From contig NW_019217964.1 of the NCBI RefSeq assembly GCF_002571385.2, positions 408,179 to 468,787 of the forward strand: 60,609 nt of DNA, written 5' to 3'. This DNA is from Stylophora pistillata (Eukaryota). Shown here piece after piece: positions 10,187 to 22,931 of this stretch (its first letter is position 1; each line of letters starts with the position of its first letter). The notes beneath the pieces were generated by a model, which was not told the origin of the DNA, did no database searches, and saw only the letters and a program-made list of their open reading frames with translations. A program made the position numbers and the translations under genes.

Positions 10187-11267
10187 CTAGGAAAATAGAA
10201 CCACCAGCTAAACTCATAAGCATAAAAAACGTCTTAACAATGTGAACAATCATCGCTCTGGAGGCACAGCAAAATTCTTTCCCCTTGAAAGCGTTTTTAG
10301 ATTTTCAAGGCGATAAATGATGATTTCACCGTCTACTGTCACCGAATGCTAAAAAGTCGCCATTTTGCCGTCGAAAATAGAGGTCATGTTTTTTCCCGGA
10401 ACTTGTTGCTGTCGTGATCTGCTGACCCAGACAACAGGTGGTATAACACATCATTTTGTCAAGCAACGATCAACGCGTAAATTCTCTTCTACCGCACTAA
10501 TAACTGACTGAGAACAAAGTAAGGAGATTCAATCGACCCATACATACATTCTTCCACCATTCTTCGACCCATACATACATTCTGAGCCAACTGCTCAGAA
10601 AAGCAACAACATCTCATTCCAAACTCACTGCATTAAAAAACTTCCCACATTTCTCAACTTCATCTGAGCCATTAACCAGTTTTAAAGTTAATTTTTTTTC
10701 TTGTGTACTTGTGGTAAGTCACAGCAGAATACTTAAAGGCTATGTAGTTAAGAAGCCACAAGCTAAAAGCTTTCACTCAAGTGTTGTTTTTACGGACTAT
10801 GATTGGACACCAGTTGAGTAACCCGGAGTACATGTAGGATAGTTTGTCAAAAATGAGTTTATTTTTGAGTGGCAAACAGGTTTTTTAGAATTTACTCAGT
10901 GACTCCTGTTGATACCAAATAAATGCTGGGATGAATCTCGCACCCTTTTAAACAGCACTCATTTAAGGTACATAGGTCCTCAAGGCTGGGACCCAGGGCA
11001 AAAAGGTTCACACCAGGAGCTTGTGGTTCACGCATGACGACAGAGCGAGCTTTTTCTTTCTTCCTAACTTCCTGAGTAATGGAACTCTCTCCTCTCAGGT
11101 TTTCTCACAAAGGCGTCAAAAAGTTGTATTGGGGAAAAATTTAAACTGTCTCCTTAAGCTAATCCTGGTACATCTCGCTACATTTCATTTCAAGCAAAAT
11201 TTGCTAACTTGCGCAGATACACCGTCATTTGGAAAACTTCCTTGAAATTTAAAACAATTATTAGTAA

Positions 11268-11995
11268 CTATGTCTCTTTAAAGCATTTTCCGCACGAACT
11301 GCAAAAGTTACTGCTCGACTGGCATTTGGTTGAACATTCCGGACAAACTTTTCCCACAATATTTGTTTGTTCACTTCCCTGAACCGTACTATATGCAAGC
11401 TCGTTGTCATTGGCTGAACAATTTTGTCCCAGGCTGCGCTTCTGATGGTGTAGATACTCGACCATTGGGTATGAGAAACCTGGTGCCGAGCCATAAACAT
11501 GATAGCGTCCAGGTGCAGGTCCCACAGGGCCTTGATAAGCTGGCCGTGTTTGGCGAGTAATAAAGCCTGGATGCATTCCTGCAGTGTAGTGCATCACAGG
11601 ATTTTCAGGTGAGTTAAGCGAAGCCATTGCTTTTTCATGACTCGGAAGTACACATTCTATTGCTCTCAATACGTCTCCATGACAACCTTTCCAAATCAGC
11701 TCCAGCACACTCCGCTTCTGAGTTGGGAAGAGTCTGGAAAGGAGCTCTAACGGATGCAGTCTTCCTTGGTAACTTTGATTCTGGTTTCCAGGACTCTTCA
11801 GATTCTCGTTAGTGCTGTCATCCGTACGAGTCAAAGAATCTCGTTCTTTGTTGTGTTTGCTTGGTTCTTTGTAATCCCGGATGTCACCATTTGGTTGGCC
11901 GTTTGAGTCATCACTGTCATAAAACACACTGTCATCTCCTGCCTCAGGGGGGGAGGGGTACGACGATTCCATTTCTGAGAACTTGCGCTTCAGGC
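11268..11995 (-). CDS. dmrt: DMRT gene 1, exon 2 (DMA domain plus C-terminal zinc ribbon)
   Basis: Acceptor TTTTTTATTGCTGTAG|GC, reading LKRKFSEM into the ORF 11972-11268. DMA motif PLELLSRLFPTQKRSVLELIWKGCHGDVLRAIECVL. The protein ends CPECSTKCQSSSNFCSSCGKCFKET*. Confidence 0.9.
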
Positions 11996-13356
11996 CTACA
12001 GCAATAAAAAAAGGATTTTATACCATTCACTCTTGTGACGAGAAAAAAATAAGAAAAGAAATGGCCTCACCACGAACATATAACTTTCTCCGTGTAAATG
12101 CGTGATAAACTATTTAGTGATAACTGGGGACTGCGGCAGACACAGGGAACTGAAGAAGTTTACACTTTTATCGAGAAACCATAAGCAAGAACTGAAACCT
12201 GGGAAAATAATTCAAAGACGTGAAGAAGGAAAAAGGACAGAAGTACATGATTTCTTTGTTTCCGTGCTTGATCTTGGGGCTTTGATTGCGGCTTTGAGCG
12301 AACATTTTCATTAGAAGATACTCGAATTTGGTACGAACATAAAGCCCGGCTTTAACGACATAAACATAATGGAAGAATCCGGCTTAACTAAAACTCCTAA
12401 CATAAGGTTCTTTTTTTAACTTCGAATCAAGGTTGGATGTTCAAGTGATTCCTGCATTTAATTGTATTTGCTTTTAGCTATGGTTATCGGTCTTTTCTAC
12501 CGTCCGATATTTACACTGACTTGTAAAAAGATACATAAAGATTTCAAAAGCTTTAGAAGAAACTCATAAAAACGTTCCTAATTAAAATCAAAATATGTTT
12601 ATTTACCTTCCACTGAAACTCAAATTGCCTTAAATCTTTGTGAAATTTGTTAACCAGCTTGATTCTCGAAGGTCGCGACAATTTTTTAATTTTATCAATC
12701 AAGCGGAAATCGTTTCTGTATACTCTAATTGCATTCGGCTGATAAAAGAGAGTGCATGGGATATACCTTTAACAAAAGTGTAACCGAAAAATAGAAATGA
12801 AAATTGGTTCAGGGAAGGAAAGTAAACTAGTGGATGCCAGAAATTTTCGGCACTACTGGTCACTGAGAGTAAAAGAAACAAAACGCCTGTAACTATCAAA
12901 CAAATCGATAGGATAATCCCTTTCACTGGTACGATGTATTCTACAGGCCTCCATTCAAAAACATGTCTGAATATGACCATCGATTTTTCATGTTTATCAA
13001 ATGACCTCTACAATTGCTTTTATTTGTTATGTTTTTTTTTTTCCTAGTCCTTATCAGAGAGCGAATGTTTTACTTTCATTCAGCGTTAAACATTGAGTGC
13101 CTGGTTCAAGAGTTCTCCTGATTAATGAAACAGTTTTAATCAAATAATGGTCAAGGTCATCTCACTAAAGGAACACGGTGTTCTCTTGTAAGTCAGTTGT
13201 CTTCTGGGCGGTTGTGATAAATACAGAATTTTACATGCAGCGGTTCAATTTTTTTTTTTGTTTGTTTTCAGTTCAAAATGCTTTGCCTCTTTCATTAAAT
13301 GAGCGAGTTTTCTTTTTTTTTTTTTTTTGAAGAGGTGTAACTGATTATTTTCTCAC

Positions 13357-13774
13357 CTGGCACCGATGAAAGCGAAGAGTGTATGGCCGGATCAACGTCA
13401 TTCAAAGCTGTGTTATTGTTAGCATCGAACTGTGCAGATGTTGGGCATATGATGCTGGGTAATACTTCATTTGAACCTGTCGCTTGTGGCCGATACACTA
13501 CACAGCCGGGGTCCACGCTGACGGCAGTGTTCCGAAACTGGCCAACCGCCGTGGGCGCTGGCGGTGTTACCTCGTCCTCCTCCCGTTTGAGCGCCACTTG
13601 CGCCGCCATCAGGCGCTGTCGCTCAATTATTAAGCTGCATTTTGAACAGGAGCAGTCTTTCCATTGACAGAATCGCTTATGACCTTTCAAAATTGATTCA
13701 ACGCCGTGATTCCGACATCTCGCACAGCGAGGATACCGAGGTACATTTTCATCGCCTCGAAGATCTTCAGACAT
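13357..13774 (-). CDS. dmrt: DMRT transcription factor gene 1, exon 1 (DM domain)
   Basis: [52 protein letters not shown] is a DM domain. Phase-1 donor CCAG|GTGAGA at 13357. Joined to 11995-11268 it gives 1146 nt, 381 aa. Confidence 0.93.
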
Positions 13775-15330
13775 TCTTGCTTGTTACAGTGCGGTTTTCG
13801 TTTTCGACACACTCCGCGACATCCACAGTTCTGGACGAAATTGTTAGTTTTTCAATTTACGCTTTTCCAATTAATTACCGTCAAACAGTTGATATATCAC
13901 CTACTGTATTTCTGTTGTTAATGAGTCCTATTGTTTGGGTTAAGTTTGATTCGAGTTGTCATTGGCTGATGCAGGATTAAGCGTCATTTTCTCACAACAT
14001 CGGCTTAAACCTTTTTGTTAGCCGACAGACCGTGTTAGTCAGAACACCTCTATTTTTATGGTAATTTGTAAACAACCTCAGAAGGTTATTCTTTCTTTTT
14101 TTTTTCGTTCGAAAGTAATGACAACTTGCATTCAATGCCTTGGTTACGGCAGTCTCAACGTTTCAACAAACAGACATAATTATCGAGGCAGATTTTTGAA
14201 TGTACGCACATAAAAAGAGGCATTCCAGACTTAGTTTGGTTGATTTTGTTGTCATTTTGTGTTTGCTGTGAGCTTTCCTTCAATTTGAATGCAAATAGCA
14301 CTTCCTCTGGGTATTGCTTTTCAATTCAAAATACATTTTTATTCAAAAAAATTCGACAGCTTTCAGCCGGAGACTTTGGGGTCTATTGTGTTATGCCTCA
14401 TCATTCAAAGCCTCCCGACGTAAGTAAATGATGTGGACGGGTATTCTGAAGTTGCTCCGTCATGGGCTTTTAGTCGCTTTGTTTGAATCTATAGAGAGTC
14501 CACCTTCGCTTCTCACCGCTTGGGTTTCTAGGAAAATTGAATTTTACTCATTAGTTTTATTCAAAAGCTGTCATTTATACTTTGTTTAATTTCCGTTCAA
14601 CAGTCAACATGAACAACTTGAGCTTCAAGTTGACTTAATTGAAAAACATTACGCTCTGACGAAAAGACGGGATCCACGACACCTTGTTTAAGTCTCCGCA
14701 AGCCCTGTTTAAGACAGAAGTGTTTAATCTTTGAAAAACCTGCACAGACTCCGAGAGCATCTGGAGGAACCTTATTCATTCAGTTACATATTTGGCGCCG
14801 CAGCGTGGAGCGAGAAACGTGCAATCCTAGAGTGGAACTAAGTAAAGGACTCGAATTAAAAGGAAAGTACGGTATTGTTATTCAAATACAAGAGGTTCAT
14901 AAACACTATTTGGCTTTCCATTTCTAAACAAGTACTCATCATTTTAGGATAGAGTTTTGTAATATAATTATGTCTGTGAGTTATATCGCATTCATTCAGT
15001 TTATGTCATAGCATCTGGTCTTTTGTTACCGAGCCTACTTGCTCTTAGGCGTTTGACTGATAAAAGTTCGCTGTGTTCATGCTGTACGAAAAGCTGAAAT
15101 ATTGAGTGAATCAGCTTAAAAAGTCAACTAATTCAGTCACTTTTGTCCGACTTAGATGATACCAACATAACTCCACTGAAATAGTTGGAACATTACATTT
15201 TCAATGTACAGACTAATTTTATTTCAAGTTGATCAAAGATAAAGATTTATCTCATCATTTTCTCATTCATGATGTATCAGTTTTGAAGCCTATGGTTTGT
15301 TCCCAAGTGCTGAATGACTGATGTATTACA

Positions 15331-15475
15331 TCTACCGCTGTAAGAAAAGTAATAACATTCTATGAGGCGTTATTGATAATTTATATTACATTGCTCTCTT
15401 ATTGCTCTACCGCAATAAGAACAGTAATAACATTCTATGAGGCCTCGTTGATCGTTTGTATTGCATTGCTCTCTT
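15331..15475. repeat. Diverged 75-bp tandem duplication between the DMRT genes
   Basis: TCTACCGC..TAAGAA.AGTAATAACATTCTATGAGGC...CATTGCTCTCTT at 15331 and 15406. Confidence 0.75.
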
Positions 15476-16599
15476 TATCACAGACGAAATAAACTAATCT
15501 TTCATTCCTAGGAGAAAATAGAAAGCTTTGCGGATTATTATTATGTTTTCTCATAAGAGAGGAATTTAGGATTTACAACCAAAATTAGAACTTTCACAAA
15601 GCTTGACAGATTAAAAAAAAACTGAAGGTTGAAGTCAATTTTCTATGCCTGAACCCTGCTCTTCACGCTAGTGTAGACTGAAGGTACGGAAAAAAATATC
15701 AATCGACTACCGACACAACAGTAAGATAATGTTCTATATTAAACTTGTCATTCTAGCTATCGGCGCTCCTGCTTGAGGTACAGCGCATGTCTCTACGTTG
15801 TTAATTTCGGACTACTCTAAGCTGGTACGAAAATAGTTTTATGATACAAGTTTACATTTGTATTCAATTACCTTATTGTGTTCTATAACTTTACATTCTT
15901 TAGGGCAAGGCTTTGGAACAACTTTACTTTAACACATAATAAAATATTGAAAAATTGAAATAATGGAAAAATAAAAGAAGCCATTATACGTCGCTGTTTA
16001 TGTAAATTCCACAAAAAACTACTACTTTTGAACGGCTGTGCCTAGAGCACTTCACCAAGTATCTCTTATTGACTGTACTTAGGATGTTAACCGATATGAA
16101 GCCCTCGTTAGCGAGAATTCCTTGTCAGTGATACACTCTAACTGAAATTACTGAATATGTCGCCTATCTTTCTACAACTATACCAAACTATTTCTGAGAC
16201 TATTTCTTTGTTGTATAAAATAATAAAATAGCTTAGAAAACATAAGAAAAAGCTCTAAGAACTTTCAGTATTAAGTAGTAGTATTTACAATTCCCCAATT
16301 GATTCACGTAGCCTGGCTATTACGATTCAGATAAACACTAATAATAATCTTTACTAGGACAATTTTCGTTTTGTAAACGGCCGAGTGACAAGCGCTACAA
16401 GCACTAATGCTCTCAAATCTTTCTGTTATTGATCACCAGTCTATCACTCGTAAGTATGTAGATATAGTTCAAACTCAATTCTTACAAACAGAAATATCTA
16501 CCCTATTTGTTCCAGTTTCACTGGCTCATTTTGGATTAACTATTTCTAATATATTCAAGTTCTTTTATTTTCTTATCCTCTGTAATGAAGTCATCGATT

Positions 16600-17402
16600 T
16601 TAGGGCTTTTCGTCAGCCTCACTCTTAGGAGAGGTGTGGGGAGAATGAGTCGGAGGACTGCGATCATTCCTTTGTGGTAGTCGGTCCGCAGGAAACACTC
16701 TTCCAGCCGAGCTCATGGTCATTAAGGCAGCGGTTGCTGACCGCATACTTTGGCTATACCGCGTATCCTCAAGATGTGGAATTTTAGTCAAGCCAGGCAT
16801 AGTTGAAATCGGTAGCGAGTTGTGCTCGGAGATGGAATGTATTAGCGTAGATGGTACGTCTGCGGTTTGACGCTTAGTAGGATCCTTGAGTACTGGTATA
16901 GGACCGGCTCCTGGGTAGTACACACATCCGGGACATTGGCCACTTGCACATTTAGAAGTTGCGTGGTACTCGACAGCACTCAATGGCATATTGTGAGGAA
17001 GAGTGGGAGACAGGGGCGAAAAGGCTGAATAGCTAGATGGTGGAGGGGGCCCGGGAAAGAGACCTCTAGGCACAGTGGCAAGTAACTGGCCCCGAGCAAG
17101 GGCTTCCTCGTGACTCGGAAGAACGGTCTCTATTGTCTGGATAACGTCACCTCCACACCCCTTTAGAATTAACTCCAGAACGTTCCTTTTTTGCTCCGGA
17201 AAGAGCCGTGTAAGGATGTTCATGTACCTGGAATGATCAGAGCTTGACATGACTTTGCTATCGCCATTTTGTAGGGATATCTTCTCGTGTCTCTGTCTTT
17301 TCGTTTCTGGTGACATTCTTAGCCGCCGCTCATCTTCGTCGTCGTCTCGTTCACGTTTCCATCTCGTGGAGAAACCTTCGGTGTTGTTGTCCATTGGAAA
17401 TT
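16600..17402 (-). CDS. dmrt: DMRT gene 2, DMA-domain exon
   Basis: Acceptor CTTTTTAG|AA TTT CCA ATG is in frame with the ORF 17394-16600. DMA motif MNILTRLFPEQKRNVLELILKGCGGDVIQTIETVL followed by a Pro/Ser-rich tail. Confidence 0.9.
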
Positions 17403-20400
17403 CTAAAAAGTAAAAACATTGAATTTAATAACAGTGGCTGTTATTCAGTTATGTCCGTGTAAAATCTGCTCATCGCCAGTCTAAGATTTAGTTTATTTCA
17501 GGGAATGAACCACCACAAGAAAATCGACACTTGTCGACGAAACAGTAGCATTAAATGAGTGGTCCTTAGACTGATAACCTGTCAGCAGTGAATAACTCTA
17601 AGCTGACCACCCTCGCAGTCTATATTGCAGTTCTCTGCTACTGAGGGATCACTATAACATTTTTTAAAAATAATTCAATAATTTTTTTCTTTTCGAGGAG
17701 ACAAAACTGACTGTGCACTGAATCTAGATGGGCTCTAATCACTTATCTGTTAAAGATAGAACCAGTGAATCAGCATTACGTCCTCAGTCAGTGTTAAAGC
17801 AGCCTTAATAGCAGTGAGAGCAGCACACATGGAAGTGACTTGTTAGGCGTTTACATAACGATTTATACCAAGGTATCTGTTGGTTCTCTTATCTAGCAGT
17901 AAATCTCTGATTAGATATCAACAATTCAGAATAAAAAAATGGAAAATCATAAGGAAAACACACAGGTCACAGATCGAATCCTGAAATCACGAAAACAGCG
18001 ATGTATAGAAACTTCAATTGATATTACCTTCAATCACGAGTTTCGTTTTAGTTTCGTGCAGCCAGTAGTTAGAAGAACTCAGTTCTGTTCTGTTCGTGAC
18101 TGCTAGTGATCCGTTCAAAACTGATGACTTAGTTTGCAATTTAATTTATGCAAATGACCACGCAAAAAAGACTCTTAAAAGCAAGCTAAACGCACGGTAA
18201 CTATTGTTTATTTTTGCAATGCCTTAAAATGCAACTAGCTGACAGTTTGAAGTCATCTATTTTATTTCGATGGTAGAGCTTGTTGTTTTTCTATTGTCAT
18301 CAATGTCAATTTTATACCAGCTTGACGCAACCTGCAATTTCCATTGGCCACAGGAAAAAAATTCAATAATTTTACATTCAAGGGGCGCCAAAAATTTTAC
18401 ATGGTGAACTTAGCATCGCTTAAATCTTATTTTTGCTGTCAAGAAAAGGTGAAATTCTTCGCTAACACAACCAAGAAATGATTGCAGAATTTTCCCGTCG
18501 ACTCTAAGTTGACAAAACCTTAAATTACCTGTACTTACGAGGGGAAAGGTGGTGTTTAATCTTTATGTAAACTCCGCTGAGGAAACTTCCCAGCTAGAAC
18601 TTCCTTGTTCCAAAGAATTTTGTGCCAAAGCACCTATGAAATGGGTAGATCCTATGGGACCACTTACTGTGTTTAAAGAAAGACTTGCGACATCAAACTA
18701 AGAGAAAACTGTGGCTTTTTCCTCAAAGATTGATACACTACACTGAGGGGTGCTTTCAGATTGATTTGAAAAGAAACTTCACAGCAAAAAAACATGTTCA
18801 ATATCCGGTGATTGCGGGTTTAAAGAAGAAAATCACCAGATAAGAACATGAAATTGGAAGGTTGAAGTTCGTGCTCTGAAAACTTTGAGGGTGATAAGTA
18901 TATCACCTCAGTTAACTTTACTGGCGGCGAGCAAATTTATATCGAGAATGAAAATTGTGCATATTTAGGTATATTCTAAGTAATAATTTAATTGGACTTT
19001 TACAAAAGAGGCATAAAAGCTTTTCAGTTACTTGTACACAGTTCATACACCAATCATATCTCATTAAATGTGTTCTCAAGCCACTGAAACGATAATGAAA
19101 TTATAAGAAAAATCAAGGTTAGTATAGCAAATTTCAAGAAGTAACTAGCAGCACAAAAATCAAAAACTGTTTTTAATTTGCCATTGCACCATATGCCTTA
19201 AGATGACAGACTGGCCGCAAACATCGAATCATTTTTAGAGTATTACCATAATGCGGTTGATTATCACTCGAACATAAATGGCTGCTTCATTTTCCGCACG
19301 ACAGAACAAATACACGAAAGGGATATGTCACCTAGGCAACCGCTACAGGTAAATAAGTGTTTTATCATTCAATATTCTTCCCTACTGTTTTAACAAACGT
19401 GTTAGCCTGACATCAATAAAAAATTCACACAACATATTTTCTCCGCTTGTAAAAAAGATTCATCAGTGTTAGACAATCTATGAATAGCTTCATAATTTAA
19501 GATAGAATATAAGTAGTAAAGTGAGAGTATCGTTAAATTTAGAAAGTGATCTGTGACTTTTGCCGTCACGGTTATACGTTAGCTCTTTAGTCAGTGACCG
19601 TCAGCATATGTCAAGTCACCGTGGGGCAAAGTCTAGCAACTCTAAGAACCTTATCGTGTGTCTCACTGGATCGATCATGTAGCAACCAACCACTATTTAT
19701 CAAGTTGGTTTCAAATCACACTTACGATTGCAAAACTAGGGTATTTGGCAATGCCGTGACATGGTTCCTATAACGTTAACTAACTCAACTGTTCTCAGAA
19801 AGCGGTACACCTACAGAGAGAAGATTCTAATGCCACTTGTTGATATTCAGTTTGACTATTTGTCGGCTATTTTGACATATTTTAGTTTACTCTCAATAGA
19901 AAGCTATAATAAGTTGTAAATTAAATGACAGTTGAAAATTTGAAATGAAAAATAAGGTGTTACTTAAATGTGAACTGACAAACTCACCGACCGTAAAATG
20001 CTTTCGTTGTTCCGAGTTAATCCAACAGTTGAACTCAAATAGCGTCTGTCGTGAGCCAAAGTCAGTAAGTAAAGGCGATCACAGACGATTTCTGCTAACC
20101 ATAGCAGGTTTTACTCATTTGGGAAGCCAGGTTACAATAAACATGACGCGTGCGGACTAGTTGTTGCCTCTACACAATATCACAGCTGGTCGATATAAAC
20201 CACCAGTGCCTTAGAAAATCCTGGCTTTCTGATTGGCTGGACAAAGGCATCGACATGTAGCAGCATTAATTTCTTAGAACAGTAGATCACTGTTTTCTGG
20301 TTAAGATGAACTCCAAGGCTCAACTGTACACTTCAACATCAGCTTCACTGGAGTTTTTTAAAATTCTAGTAAAGCCGATATTGAGGCCTCTACTGTGTGT

Positions 20401-22528
20401 TATGTCAGTTTTCAATAAATCGGCCTGACCTTCTGTTTTCTTACATAGCAGCGTTCGAACTTTACCAGTGTTTACATAGAAAAAACTTAGACACGTGTTC
20501 TGAAATAAAGACTTGTAACACGTGTCGATAACATGGTTATTTGCACTGTGCTATTGTAGAGCCATTGCTTTGGCTTGAGCTGCGAAAATATTTCTCAAGC
20601 TGTTACTTTTTGTTTGATCCTTTGCTAGCTGAAATACAAGGTGAAAAATGTCTTTATTTCAAAATTCGTCAGTTTTAGCTCTTGATGTATGTCAAATATG
20701 GACTCGAAATCGCATAGTTCCTCACGAGAAAATGGGGAGATATCTTTCTTCACTGAAGATAAAGAGTCCAAAAGAATTTATGCAACAACTTTTCCAAGGG
20801 TGTTGTAATATACTGAAATTGCAGCTCCGAGGACATGGAAAACTGGTTCCGATTTTATTAATAAAGGCACAGTCTGCTAAAAATAGACAAAAGGTCTGAG
20901 CTTGCTCAAAAATAAACACAACACTTGCGTTGATTATAAACAAACTGTAAAATAAGTCAAATAAAAACATCCCGGTGACATTATAAACCCTGATTTGACT
21001 CCCAGTGACCAGAACAAACATACAGATTTTATTACAGAATAACACCCTAAAACTTTCCAGATTGTTCGCGGTCCAGAATGCAAATATTTTGTTGCATTTT
21101 TCTAGACTCGATACTTTATCAGTGTTTCGTTGATGATGTCATAATTATGCTGGCCTTAATTAAATCCACTTTAGTTTTAAATCACTCAATTTGGCTGGGA
21201 GAAGCCACTTCAACTTGTTCTAAGACTAACGAGTGCATTTTAACACCTAGCCAGGGGTCACAGCCACAAATAAATCAGACCTAATTGTGTTGGAATTTCG
21301 AGGTGGTAGTTATCGTTGATCAATGAGAGGTGTTCCTTCTATTTATCAAAATCCAAATTTCTTTTGGATGATGCAAGCTGTAAGTTTGGTTTCATGTAGA
21401 CTTTATAAGACAATTATTTTGTGCTATTTGACGTCTTAAATCAAACTTTCAAATAGAATTAAGTCATACCGAGGTATAGTTCACGAGGAATAAACAGCTT
21501 TGGCCTGAGAGAAGTTGTGAATGTTTTTTCCAGCATGGTAATAATTGGAAAGTATTTAGCATAGAAGGAACAGGGCCAGGAAACAGAGACAAAGCCTAAA
21601 TGTTTTTGCATTCCAATGGTTGCCTTTTTTTCAAGCAAGTTATATTTTAGGGTGTTACTAGGTTCAGCGTCATTTCAATACAGTATAACAAAACGTTTAG
21701 TCAAATATACTTTCTCAGCCTGAAAACCTTCCGAAAATTACCATCAGAAATTATTATTTACCTCGCGAGGGGCAGTAACAAAATGATTAAAACAGAAGGA
21801 AGTTACCTTACGTAACCCAGGCACTGTATTATTTTTCTTTGAAAGAAAACACAGGGGTTAATTTAGAAAAGAGAATGTGGATTGTGTATATCGCGGGCAA
21901 AATTGTCAACAACCGTCAAGCTTCAACTTTGTTAAACACAAGATAAGTAAGCAACTCCATAATATCCTATTCATACAAGCGCGCTTGAGACCGCGTGCGA
22001 TGAATTGACTGCCTCTTATGTCATATGTCATAGTTCCTTGGTTATCCATATAGCGATGGCTAAATCTGTATAAACTAGGCCTGTCTGTTAAGATATCCTC
22101 GAAAATAACTGAAAACCCTATCTTGTTCATGTCGATTTTATTCAAAATTTCGATGTTTGAAACTTCGTTAATGCTGAGGTAAGTCTATACACTGATATCT
22201 TTGGCGTAATCTCTAGTTACCGTGTCATGGAAGAACTGAGCCGTGATTTGAACAGTACTTTTTTATATCTAAACTGGCTATCGGTATTTGATCTCGACGG
22301 CTATCAAGGCTGGTAGTTTTGCAACGAAGCGAGATAAGGAAAAGGGACCGCTTTTTGCTGTAGAATCACCTGAAGGGTTTGCAAATTTTGATAGCCAATC
22401 AGACGATTAAGTAATCAATTCATAAATAGTTACGTCAGCTGGAAGATCATTCCGACCTTAAATCGGATGATGTTTGCTCGTTTTATTACTGAAGGAGAAT
22501 TTTGCAAAAAGAACTGCATTCAACTCAC

Positions 22529-22931
22529 CATCGTTTGCACTGCTTGCGGGAGACCCCAGCTCATTGTTGGTATCGTCAATGTTTGGCGAGCTTGAGCGAG
22601 AAGACAAACTAGCAGTTCTTGGCAGTTGAGCATCCTTTGGGGATGTTGGTGAGGGTGGAATGATTCTTGGTGCCTTTTGTAGATTTTGATTAAAACACAA
22701 CTGTACTGTGCCGTATGAAAGATGACCAACTTCCTCACTCTCTTGTTGTCTTCTAAGCGCCACTTGCGCGGCCATGACTCTTTGTCTTTCAGCTATGAGA
22801 TTGCAATCCGCGCATGCACAATCTCGCCATTTACAGAACCGTTTGTGTCCTTTGAGTATGGATATTACCCCGTGATTTCGGCACCGAGCACACTTTGGTG
22901 AACGCTGAGCTATGGAACCCATTGGAGGCAT
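22529..22931 (-). CDS. dmrt: DMRT transcription factor gene 2 (DMRTA-like), DM-domain exon
   Basis: [52 protein letters not shown]. Probable start is MPPMGS at 22931; an acceptor TTCTTATTCCAG| at 22961 implies an upstream exon. Phase-1 donor GATG|GTGAGT at 22529. Joined to 17402-16600 it gives 401 aa. Confidence 0.93.

Noticed and set aside
13383-13980. Plus-strand ORFs antisense to the DMRT exon, and most other short ORFs in the track
   Set aside because: They are shadow or chance ORFs with no motifs, and many use non-ATG starts.
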